A DNA stretch of 64,000 bases from an uncultured Acidobacteriota bacterium. Its GTDB lineage: Bacteria; Acidobacteriota; Vicinamibacteria; Vicinamibacterales; CAVVIG01. Positions within the stretch are counted from its first letter, which is position 1. The number at the start of each line of letters is the position of its first letter. The DNA is taken from the NCBI GenBank assembly GCA_963773035.1, contig CAVYZX010000009.1, positions 290,695 to 354,694 of the forward strand. Direction: 5' to 3'. The position numbers and the translations under genes are program-made. The notes under the pieces were generated by a model, which made no database searches, was not told the DNA's origin, and saw only the letters and a program-made list of their open reading frames with translations. Shown here one piece after another: positions 33,184 through 43,014 of the stretch.

Positions 33184-33778
33184 AGCTGAGATCCGCAAAC
33201 GCATCGCCAAGCTCGAGACTTACTACGGCTCGATCACCGGTTGCCGGGTCCTTGTGGAGCTTGTCCAGCGACATCATGAAACGGGGAATCGCTACCACGT
33301 ACGCATCGACCTTACGGTACCGGCTGAGGAAATCGTAGCGGCTCATGAAGCCAACCTGCACACGACAGCACGGGACGTTGGAGCCGCGAAGATCACGAAG
33401 CTGGCTGAGCTCGGTCCGGAACGGAAGCACGCACAGGTGGCTGTTCGCGAGGCGTTCGACGTCGCACGGCGGCGGCTCCAGGATTGCGCGCGACGACAGC
33501 GCGGCGCCGTGAAAGCAAGAGCGGCGCAGCCACGCGGTCGGGTCGCGCGGCTGTTCCCCATCGACGAGTACGGTTATATCGAGGCCGAGGACGGCCACGA
33601 AGTGTACTTCCAGAAGAGCAGCGTGCTCGGGAACGCTTTCGAACGCCTGACCGTCGGTGGCGCCGTGTCGTTCGTGGAGGAGCCCGGCGACAAGGGGCCG
33701 CAAGCGAGCACAGTCAAGCTCCTGCATCCGCGCCGGACGCGACACGCCTCTCGAACTGCACGAGCGGCTGGCCGCTGA
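33179..33778 (+). pseudogene. HPF/RaiA-family protein with C-terminal cold-shock domain, 5'-truncated at the IS end
   Basis: LEAEIRKRIAKLETYYGSITGCRVLVE...YHVRIDLTVP...AVREAFD and YGYIE..DG.EVYF...SV...GDKGPQASTV; no start codon between TAA 33077 and the homologous region. Confidence 0.85.
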
Positions 33779-33792
33779 AACAGAATCGCCGC

Positions 33793-35175
33793 ATGGCCAT
33801 TCAGCGGGACTCCCGCACGCGGAACGATCGGCGGGAGATCGTTGGGTGGCTCATATACGACTGGGCCAACTCGGCCTTCCAGACCACGGTCGTCACGGTG
33901 TTGATCGGCCCGTATTTGACCGACCTGGCTCAACGGGACGTTGGAAGAAACGGGATCGTCGCAAGTCTCGGCCCGTTCGGCAGTATTACGGCAACGTCGC
34001 TGTTCCCGTATTGCATCTCCGTGTCCGTCTTCCTGCAGGTGCTGCTTCTTCCGCTTCTTGGCGCTATCGCGGACTACACCCAGGCAGCGAAGCGCCTCAT
34101 GATCGCATTCTGCTACTCCGGAGTCGGTGCGACTTGCCTGCTCTTTTTCATCACTGGACGGCGGTATGTCATCGGCGGCCTGCTGCTCGTCCTGGCGAAC
34201 TTTGCGTTTGGCGTCACGATTGTCATGTACAACGCATTCCTTAACGACATCACGAGCGAGGACCGGCGGGACAAAGTGTCGAGTCAGGGGTACGCCATCG
34301 GCTACCTGGGTGGCGGGCTGCTCCTGGCGACGAATCTTGCCCTGTTGAGCTTCTCCGCGCAGGTAGGCATTTCAAGAGGACTGGCTGTTCGTATCTCGTT
34401 GCTGTCTGCAGGTCTTTGGTGGGGCGGCTTTGCGCTGATCACGTTCGCTCGGTTGAGGACTCGAGTGGCACGGCGCGCGCGAACATTGAAACGCTCGTAT
34501 CTTGGCATCGGTTTCGTTGAGCTCGGCGCACTCTGGCATCGGTTGCGGCAACTTCCGCATACGCGCCGCTACCTCATCGCCTATATGAGCTTCAATGATG
34601 CCATTCAGACCGTCATCTCAATTGCATCGGTGTTTCTGGCACAGGAGCTTTTCGTCGCACGTGGGTTGCCCGTGAACGAATCCTTCCTCATCGGCCTCGT
34701 GTTGATGGTGCAATTCGTCGCGTTTGGCGGTGCGCTTCTCTTCGAGCGCATTGCCGCGCTGCTCGGCACCAAGAACGCGATCCTTGTCTCGCTCGTCTTG
34801 TGGACCGGCATCGTCATTTACGCGTTTGCGTTTCTCGAGACGGTTGCTCAGGCCTGGGTGATGGGTGCCGTGCTGGCTACCGTGCTCGGCGGATCTCAGG
34901 CGCTCTCGCGATCGCTGTTTTCGCAGATCATCCCGGTCGGGCACGAGGCGACGTTCTTCGGGCTGTACGAGATCACTGAACGCGGAACTTCGTGGATCGG
35001 TCCCCTCCTTTTCGGCTTCGTCGTGAGCACGACCGGTTCTTATCGCCAGGCTATCGTGTCGCTCATCCTCCTGTTCCTTGCCGGAATCGTCGGATAGCTC
35101 TTCACGAACGTTGAACGAGCCGCGCAGGACGCTCGCCAGCTCCTGCCGGCTGAAGGTGCAGGCACTGCGCGCTGA
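33793..35175 (+). CDS. UMF1/Atg22-family MFS transporter (in-frame TAG at 35095-35097 in the last TM segment)
   Basis: W..YDWANSAF, PLLGAIAD, YNAFL, GYLGG and GGSQALSRSLF; the frame continues LFTNVERAAQDA after the TAG. Confidence 0.85.
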
Positions 35176-35662
35176 CATGGAAGCGCTTCCTTCTTCCTCG
35201 AACACCGATATCGGCGCCGTACGCGAAGTGCTCCCACGTCTTACCGATACCAACTGGAGATTTTCCGCTGTCATGGGAAAAACTTCGAGACTGGACCGCG
35301 GATGTCGGGCGATTCGGTCGAGTTGACGTTCGCATGCTGCATCGCCGCTCAAGCCCGCGAAAGCCCGCTAAACAGCGAATCGGAGCTCGTTTCCCCACGT
35401 CGTCGGTTCGCAGCATCAAAGCCGGGACTGGAACTGCAGCTCCAGGAGCAGCCGAACTTTGAGCGCCTGCTCGGCGCCAAGCTACCTAACCTTTCGAACG
35501 CCGGGGCGTAGCTCCGACTAAACAAACGGTTGCAAGAAGCAATCCCTCAGTCACCCCTTCAGGTAGCAAGAGGCTTGCAGATCGATCACGATGACGCGGT
35601 TGCCTGCATTCGTCGAATGACTGGCGAGCGCAGGCGCCGCTCACATGCATTTGGTGTCGCGC

Positions 35663-36600
35663 ATGGCTCGACGACAAAACGACGACATCGCCAACCGTCT
35701 TGACGAGATTGCCGCCCTCCTCAGCGCTCAAGGGGCCAACCCGTACCGAGTGCGTGCTTATCGGCGCGCAGCCGAGACGCTCCGTCAGCTAGCCGTGCCT
35801 GTGTCGCAGATTCTCTCGCGACGCATGGCACGGCCGGTCTCGAGCGCCTTCGCGGTATCGGACCCAGGCTCGCCCGGACGATCCGCGACATCTTGGTCCA
35901 TGGATATTCACCGATTCTTGAACGGCTTCGGGGCGAGAGCAGCGCCATCCGGCTCTTCGCATCGGTGCCAGGCATCGGTTACCGGCTGGCGGCACGCCTG
36001 CACGACGAGCTTGGCCTTGATACACTCCAACAGCTCGAGGCGGCCGCCCACGACGGCAGGCTTGAACAGATCGCCGGGTTCGGACCCAAGAGGCTGACCG
36101 GCATTCGCAACACTCTGGGTGCGCAGTTCGGGCGGATCGCCAAAATCGGCCGGGCGGAGGACCACGCGCCGCCCCCAATCAGCGAGCTCCTGGACGTCGA
36201 TCGCGAATACCTCAGCAAGGCGGGAACGGGAGAGCTTCGCCTCATTGCGCCACGGCGCTTCAATCCGGAACAGGTGGCGTGGCTGCCCATTCTGCACACG
36301 GAGCGTGGTGGTCGTCACTACACGGCCATGTTCTCGAATACGGCACACGCTCATCGCCTAGGCAAGACGCACGACTGGGTCGTGATCTACGGCGATGACG
36401 GACCGACGGAGCATCCGTGGACGATCATCACCTCCTCGTTCGGTGCGCTGCGGGGCCGTCGCATTATCAGGGGACGAGAAGCCGAATGTTCCGCCCTCCT
36501 TGCCACGGCACCCGAACCGGCCCTGACGTCAGCCACGCAAACGGTCACCGATGGCTTCGTCGGACCGAGGAATGCCCTTCCTCAGGCTCCTCGTATGTAG
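35663..36600 (+). CDS. Helix-hairpin-helix protein with PolX-like N-terminus and no polymerase domain (frameshift near 35815)
   Basis: NDDIA..L.EIA.LL..QGANPYRVRAYRRAA, LRGIG, VPGIG and IAGFGPKR; C-terminal IAPRRFNP...WLPILHT...FSNTA.AH domain. Confidence 0.85.
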
Positions 36601-36700
36601 CGCCGCATAAGTTTTCCGAAAGGATTTCCCGTACATTGTTCCTTTATGCCAAGCCGATCCAACATCCGCGACGCTCAGGATGAGTTACGAGGAGGCAAAC

Positions 36701-37750
36701 ATGCGGGAATCCTTGACCGTGATCCGGTCCGCAACGATCTGTGGCCTGCTGATTCTTGGAGTTTCAATCGTTCTCGGGACAGTTCCACTCCTGGCAGACG
36801 ATGTTCAAGCGACAGTGGGCGCTCAGAGTGGTGACCTGGGAAGGCAGGCTCTGGCCTTCTTGCCGAATGAGCTTTGGGTTCACTCGGGGGACAGCGTCAC
36901 GTGGGCGTTTCCCACAGACGAGCCCCATACCGTCACGTTTCTGAGCGCTACTCAGAACCGACCGCCCTTCCCACAGGGGTGTGCTCCGGCCTTTCCTCCA
37001 ACGTCGCCGAGTGGATCCAGCTACACCCCCGACACGTGCGTCAACTCTGGAATCCTGCTGGGTGGCCCGACTTATACCGTCGCCTTTCCAAACCCGGGCA
37101 ACTTCAAGCTCGTGTGCCTGCTTCACACGAACATGACCGGCGTTGTTCATGTCCTCGACAAACGGCAGCCTCTTCCGTACCGCCAGAATTTCTATGATCA
37201 GCAGGCGGCACAGCAAGCCGGCGACCTGTTGGCCGACGCATACGGCTTGGAAGGACGCGGAGCTTTGATTGCTCTGCTGTCGAGGAAGAACGAGGTGACC
37301 GCAGGCATCGGGGAAATCCTTGCTACAGGCGGTGGCTCACAAACCGCGTCGGTCATGCGCTTTCTTCAGGACAGGATCATCGTGCATGTGGGAGAGACGG
37401 TCGAGTTCACGAACCTGGATCCCGTGACGCCTCATACGGTGACATTCGGAACCGAGCCTGATGAAGCGAACCTGTTTCCTCCTTCCACCGACGTGAAGGC
37501 GGACCCTGACGGCGCTCTGAGGGCGGTACTCGGTTCACCAGGCGACAGCACCCACTCGGGGCTAATTCTGGCGTCGCCGCAGGACCAGCTTTTTGCGCCA
37601 CAGACTCCAATCCCTCCGATCATCCCACTTCGTTTCCGAGTCAAATTCACGCGCCCCGGGGTTTTTACCTACATCTGCGCACTTCATGACGACTTGGGCA
37701 TGAAAGGCAGGGTCGTGGTTCTGCCGAGGGATGGTTGGCGCGACGATTAG
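36701..37750 (+). CDS. Secreted two-domain cupredoxin (blue copper) protein
   Basis: GGAGG RBS; signal peptide; two type-1 Cu sites, HTVT...CLLHTNM and HTVT...CALHDDLGM. Confidence 0.88.
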   Translation: MRESLTVIRSATICGLLILGVSIVLGTVPLLADDVQATVGAQSGDLGRQALAFLPNELWVHSGDSVTWAFPTDEPHTVTFLSATQNRPPFPQGCAPAFPPTSPSGSSYTPDTCVNSGILLGGPTYTVAFPNPGNFKLVCLLHTNMTGVVHVLDKRQPLPYRQNFYDQQAAQQAGDLLADAYGLEGRGALIALLSRKNEVTAGIGEILATGGGSQTASVMRFLQDRIIVHVGETVEFTNLDPVTPHTVTFGTEPDEANLFPPSTDVKADPDGALRAVLGSPGDSTHSGLILASPQDQLFAPQTPIPPIIPLRFRVKFTRPGVFTYICALHDDLGMKGRVVVLPRDGWRDD

Positions 37751-37795
37751 GACGACCACCGAGGCTTGTGTGCGCGTGCGAATGAGGTTGGCGCA

Positions 37796-38470
37796 ATGAC
37801 GCTTTGGAAGAAGCTCGCCGCGTTTGGTGCGGCCCTGGTGTTGCTGGTGCTGCCGTTCGGAATCAGCGGCAGCGCTGGCGCGCTGAGTGGAAAGACAGGA
37901 CCCGACACGCCCGCGTCCGTTTCCGAGGAGTCATATCGCGGCGGGTTGGTGACACCGCCCCTACCAAAACCAAGATTTACACTAACCGACACCTCCGGTG
38001 CGCCATTCGATTTCTGGGCACGGACGCAAGGGGCAGTCACGCTCCTCTTTTTCGGTTACACCCGCTGCCCGGATGAGTGCCCGCTCCACATGTCGAATGT
38101 GGCGGCGAGCCTGCGTCAGTTGCCACCCGGCCTCGCCGATCAGGTGAAGTTCGTCTTCGTCACGACCGATCCCGCGCGTGATACGCCAGCGGTGCTCCGC
38201 TCCTGGCTCAACAATTTTGACAAGCGCTTCATCGGCTTGACTGGAAGCGAAGCCGCGATTGAGTCTGTCCAAAAGTCCACTGGCGTACCACCTGCCACCA
38301 AGTCGGTGCGCGCTGGCTCAGACTATGCGGTCGGCCACGCGAACATTGTCGTGGCGTACACGAAAGACAACCTGGCCCACGTTATCTATCCGGGTGGGGT
38401 GACCCGCCAAGATTGGGCCCACGACCTGCCACGGCTCGTCAAGGAGGCGTGGACGAGCCCGGTCAAGTGA
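37796..38470 (+). CDS. SCO family copper chaperone
   Basis: FFGYTRCPDECP (CxxxC), DPARDTP and YAVGH. Confidence 0.93.
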   Translation: MTLWKKLAAFGAALVLLVLPFGISGSAGALSGKTGPDTPASVSEESYRGGLVTPPLPKPRFTLTDTSGAPFDFWARTQGAVTLLFFGYTRCPDECPLHMSNVAASLRQLPPGLADQVKFVFVTTDPARDTPAVLRSWLNNFDKRFIGLTGSEAAIESVQKSTGVPPATKSVRAGSDYAVGHANIVVAYTKDNLAHVIYPGGVTRQDWAHDLPRLVKEAWTSPVK

Positions 38471-38493
38471 AATGAAATGGTGGGCGTGCGACC

Positions 38494-39640
38494 TTATTTC
38501 CTCAGCCCGTTCTGCCAGTTCAACACGACGGTAAACTGCGACGCGCTTCCAGCCTCGACCGGCGCCACGAACAGGAACCGCTGACCATCTGGCGTCACTT
38601 CCCATGGCGCCGGACCGCGCCTGCCGGTGGCGTTGACGGTGCCAAATCCCTGCGGAGTCCGAAACAGCGGCGTCGCCGCAGCGACACGAAACGGGTTGTC
38701 GGAGATTGCCGCCGACATGACCATCCCATCGGCCGCCACGTAGAACAACTCCTTGCCGTCCCTCCGCCATCTCGGGCTATGCCCGCCGCCGCTCGACACC
38801 ACCAGCCGATTCTGGGCATCAGGGAACGATCGCAATTGGACCTCATCACGACCCGATTCATTCGAGGTAAAGGCCACCCAGCGAGGAGGCCCCTGTGCGT
38901 CTGGCGAGAATTGCGCCTGGCTCTCCGCAGCATCTGAGCGAAGGAACGGAACCGGCTTGGGAGTGCTGTCGAGCGAGAGGACCCACAAGTCCGAGCTCGT
39001 TTTTGGATTCACAATCACGTACAAAATGTAGCGCCCATCCCGCGACCAACTCGTCGGCGCCGTCGGATCCTCGGCCGACCGAAACAGCTGTTCTTCCTCG
39101 CCGTTACCCCCGGTCGGTTTCTGCATCATTGCGGTTTCGAATCCCAAGCTGGAGGAAAAAGCAATTCGACTCCCGTCCGGAGACCAGATCGCGGCTTCAC
39201 CGCCCGCTGTAGATGCATACCGACTGCTCGCTCCACTGGCGAGGGCGAGCAACCACAACGTCGCGTCGGACGTAATCTGGGGGTTCACTCGAACGACCAC
39301 CGCTCGCGTGGCGTCGGGCGACAAGTTGATCGCACCGTACGGTCCGGGCTCCGAGACGCGACCGACGGATCGTCCCTGTCGATCGACCTACGTCAGCTGC
39401 ATGTTCTGCGTCGCGCTCTTGTAAACCAGCGTGCCGTTGTTGGACACCGAGACCGTGGCCGTGTCGAGGTAGGAGTGTACGCGTTCACTGACAACGATGG
39501 GAGCATCGGACAGCTCGAGCCGCCGCTCGTCGAAGGTCTGAGCCATGAGACTCCCGTCTCTCAAAAACAACAACCTCCCTGGCCTTCCGTCGGTGCCTCG
39601 TGCGTAGATCGGACTCGTCGTCGTCGCGACGAGCTGTCTC
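38494..39640 (-). pseudogene. C-terminal PD40/TolB-repeat fragment of a Ser/Thr kinase-like gene
   Basis: LLFLRDGSLMAQTFD, QLT*VDRQG (TAG at 39388), SPDG repeats and VVLNW end, like the gene at 20008; 5' part ends at ori repeat copy 2. Confidence 0.85.
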
Positions 39641-39733
39641 AGAGGGGCGAGCGGGGTCCGATAACGGATCCTATGTTGCGCTGGCAAGCCCAGACAGCCG
39701 GCCACAGGCAATTTATGCGGACTATCCGCTCGA
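39633..39733 (+). repeat. Putative oriIS terminal repeat, copy 2 (no adjacent transposase)
   Basis: Near-identical direct repeat of 33085-33183. Confidence 0.85.
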
Positions 39734-39744
39734 TTCTCAACGCT

Positions 39745-40020
39745 TCAGCTGCCACCGACCTTGCGAGGCGACCGCGTCCGCGGGATAAAGCCGCGAGAAG
39801 TGGTGGCCTTCCAAGGCTGGTGCGTTTGATGCTTTCGGGAAGATGTGGGAGTGGACTCGGCCGACTCGGGCGATCGGGCCGCGGCTTCCGCTGCGGCCTT
39901 GGCCAGTGCGGCAGACGCTTGTGCGTCGTCTTTCTCGAGACAGCAGTGTTTGTATTTGCGGCCCGAGCCACAATGACAGGGCTCGTTGCGGCCTGGTCGT
40001 GCACGGGTTGGAGCAGCCAT
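39745..40020 (-). CDS. SEC-C metal-binding domain protein
   Basis: GRNEPCHCGSGRKYKHCC at the N-terminus. Confidence 0.85.
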   Translation of the reverse strand: MAAPTRARPGRNEPCHCGSGRKYKHCCLEKDDAQASAALAKAAAEAAARSPESAESTPTSSRKHQTHQPWKATTSRGFIPRTRSPRKVGGS

Positions 40021-40668
40021 TGAAACCCAGTGTACCGCGCAACTATTTCCAGCCGCTCGATTTTCGCGTGAACCGCGCGGGCAACGTCGGCTTGCTGTCG
40101 GGCGCGGGTTCCGGCTCTTTCGACAAGCCGGAATTCTCCTCACGGCCGGCTGACCGGCGTTATGCTGCGAGTCGCGTAGTTCGCGTCAGGATTGACCCGG
40201 CCAGCCTACTGGTTCGTGTTTGGTAGGCGGATCGCATCGGCTCAGACAAAACGAAACGATGGGGATCAGCCGTTTCTTGCACATGGACAACCTTGCAGCA
40301 AAGGAAACGGACGGCACTTACCTCAGGAAACCTGCGGAGTGGGTCTGCAACCTGCACATTGCCTAAGCGGGCGATACGCAGATCGAACTGATCCAGCCTG
40401 TGTCGGGAGCCAGCATCTGCCAGGAGTCACTCGATCGACACGGTGACGCCGTTCAGCACGTGGCGTACTGGCTGGACGATGCGGACTTCGACGCCGTTGC
40501 CGCTCCTGGAGTCCTCGGGCTATAACCAGATCCAAGGCCTCCGGTTGCCGATAGCACGCGTCGGCTACTTCGATGCGCGTCGAGCTATTGAGTCATGACC
40601 GAGATTGTCGGGGCCAATGAGGCAGGCCACGAGTTGCGACGCAATCTGAAGTCGGGGAAGTTGTGAGG

Positions 40669-40743
40669 GAGTCGGGGTCGCGGTCTGTTGCGCTGGCAAG
40701 CCCGGATAGCCGGCGACAGGCCGTTTATGCGGACTATCTGCTC
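40669..40743 (+). repeat. Putative oriIS terminal repeat, copy 3 (more diverged)
   Basis: TGTTGCGCTGGCAAGCCC...CAGGCCGTTTATGCGGACTATCTGCTC. Confidence 0.8.
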
Positions 40744-40775
40744 AGCCGAGCGATGGCGCCGGCGGCGTGTTGGTC

Positions 40776-42702
40776 CTACTTTTTCAGTACCGACAGCGCG
40801 ATGTTGCTCGCCCGGTCCCTCGACCGGTACACGCGCTGCGTGGCCTTCTGGAAGTCCGCGTCGCCGGCCCTGAAGATGTTCGGCACGAACGTCTGCGGGT
40901 TGCGGTCCACGAGCGGAAACCATGTGGATTGGATCTGCACCATGATCCGGTGACCCTTCTGAAACGCGTGGTTCACGTCCGGCAGTTTGAACGTGACCTT
41001 CGTCACCTGTCCCGGCCTCATCGGTTCGGGCTTCTCGTAGCCGTTGCGGAAGCGGGTGCGGAACGGCTCGCCGCGCACGAGCATCTGATAACCGGCGGTC
41101 CGGAAGTTGGTCGGATTCGGCTCGACATCCTTCGCATCGTCTGGGTGGACATCGATCAGCTTCACGATGAAATCCGCGTCGGTTCCCGTGGTCGACACGT
41201 ACAGTTCCGCTTGCAGAGGCCCGGCGACCGTTTCGTCGTCTGTCAACGGATCGGTTTGATAGGTGAGGACGTCTGGCCTGCGCGAGGCGAAGCGCTGATC
41301 GTCGGTCATGTACTCGCGCGTCATGCCGATGTCGACGTTTTCGATGAACGGCACCGGCTTCGACGGATCGCTGATGTACTCGTCGAAGGCGTCGCGATCG
41401 CTGGGCGGGGTCGCTGAAAGTTGGCCCGATGGCGCTGCATAGAGCGCTCTCTGCTCGGTGTTGGCCGGCGGCCACCGGTCGTACATACGCCACTGATTCG
41501 AACCGGTCTCGAACATGAACGCTTCAGGAAGGTTCACCTGACAGTTATCGGTGCAGTACTTCAGGTAGATGTTGAAAAAGGGCAGCTCGATCCGGTCGCG
41601 ATAGTATTCGGCCGTCTTCGATCCGAAGCGGGCATGCCCGAGCCGGTCGCCGTCGGATCGGGCCCAACCGCCGTGAAACCAGGGACCCATGACGATTCGG
41701 TTCGAAATTCCGGGGTTCTTCTGTTCGATGCTCGCGTAGGTGTTGAGGGCACCGTAGAGATCCTCGGCATCGAACCATCCGCCGACGGTCAGGACCGCCG
41801 GTTTGATGTTGTGGAGATGATCCAGGATCCGCCGTGCTTTCCAGAAGTCGTCGTAGTTGGGATGCTCGGCCATCTCGTTCATGAACGGGATACCGTTACC
41901 GAGCTTTTGGCGGTACAACTCGAGCCCCTTTTGGACGGTTCCCATTTGCAGGAAGAACTTGTAGCCGTCGGTTGTTCCGTGCTGGAACGGCTTCGGGTCG
42001 GTGAAGCCCGGCCCGATGCGAGGCTGCCCGAATGTCGCGTAGAAGTTGTAGGCGTGCGGAAGAAAGAACGCGCCGTTGTGGTGAAAGTCGTCGCCGACGA
42101 ACCAGTCCCCGATGGGGGCCTGCGGTGAGACAGCTTTGAGCGCCGGGTGCGAATCGATGATGCCTGAGGACACGTAGAAGCCCGGATAGGAGATGCCCCA
42201 CATTCCGACGCGGCCGTTGTTGTTGGGCACGTTCTTCACCAGCCAATCAATCGTGTCGAAGGTATCGGAGCTCTCGTCGATGTCCTTCGGGCCCGCCTTG
42301 TGGTCGATGTGCGGCCGCACGTCGACGAAGTCGCCTTCGGACATCCATTTTCCGCGCACGTCCTGGTAGACGAAGATGTAGCCCTCGTAGGCGAACCGCG
42401 AAGACGGGCCCAGTAAGTCTCTGTAGGCATCATGGCCGTACGGCGCAACGGTGTACGGCGTTCGATCGAGCAGGATCGGGTATTTCTGCTGTGGTGACGC
42501 GTCCTTCGGTTCGTAAATCGAGGTGAAAAGCTGGACGCCGTCACGCATCGGGATCATGACTTCGCGTTTCGAATAGTTCGCCTTGACGTACTGTGCGAGT
42601 TCGATCGCCGGCTGCGGTTGTTGTGCCGCAGGCGACATGCCAAATTGAGCACAGGACGATGGACGCCGACGCGAGTCCCACGCCAAACGCACGCTTTCTC
42701 AT
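40776..42702 (-). CDS. CocE/NonD family hydrolase (alpha-amino acid ester hydrolase-like); frameshift near 42643 in the signal peptide
   Basis: IPMRDG, RTPY, QDVRG..SEG, GISYPG, WFDAED and GPWFHG; MRKRAFGVGLASASIVLC signal with GGAG RBS lies in an adjacent frame. Confidence 0.92.
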
Positions 42703-42770
42703 CGGGTTCTCCATTAGAGCGCGTCGCAAATGTCGGTGGCGCAGCCTTCAGAGCTTGCAAATCAATCGCG

Positions 42771-42840
42771 TGTGGCTTCCGGCTTCAGCCGGAAGATCAA
42801 TACTGGCGGCTCTCTTCCGCCTAAAGGCGGAAGCCACGCG
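42771..42840. repeat. REP doublet (REPIN-like), copy 1
   Basis: GTGGCTTCCGGCTTCAGCCGGAAG ... CTTCCGCCTAAAGGCGGAAGCCAC inverted pair; recurs near 46224. Confidence 0.85.
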
Positions 42841-43014
42841 CCCGCAATTTTGCAAATCCGTTCCTAGCGTATGATCGCCTGAATCGAGGAGATCGACACA
42901 TGAAATCAGGGCGGACGTCCGTGGTTGCCTTGGTGACGCACTTCATCGTTCGCACAGTTGAAGGCGATCAGAAGGCTGTGCGCCAGGCCGGCACACTCAT
43001 TCCGGCGCGTTGAT

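Noticed and set aside
32284-39390. Three in-frame TAG codons inside coding homology (32284, 35095, 39388) suggesting amber recoding
   Set aside because: TAG ends many intact genes here (e.g. 891, 6531, 9079, ftsH, 22789). Two of the three cases are in already broken genes, and QLT*VDR is explained by a TGG-to-TAG change. No pyrrolysine genes or suppressor tRNA were seen.
33085-40743. Repeats considered as a CRISPR array or integron attC sites
   Set aside because: The copies are 75-100 nt long and 1-6.5 kb apart, there is no cas or integrase gene, and there are no RYYYAAC/GTTRRRY ends. Their position relative to the transposase fits an IS end.
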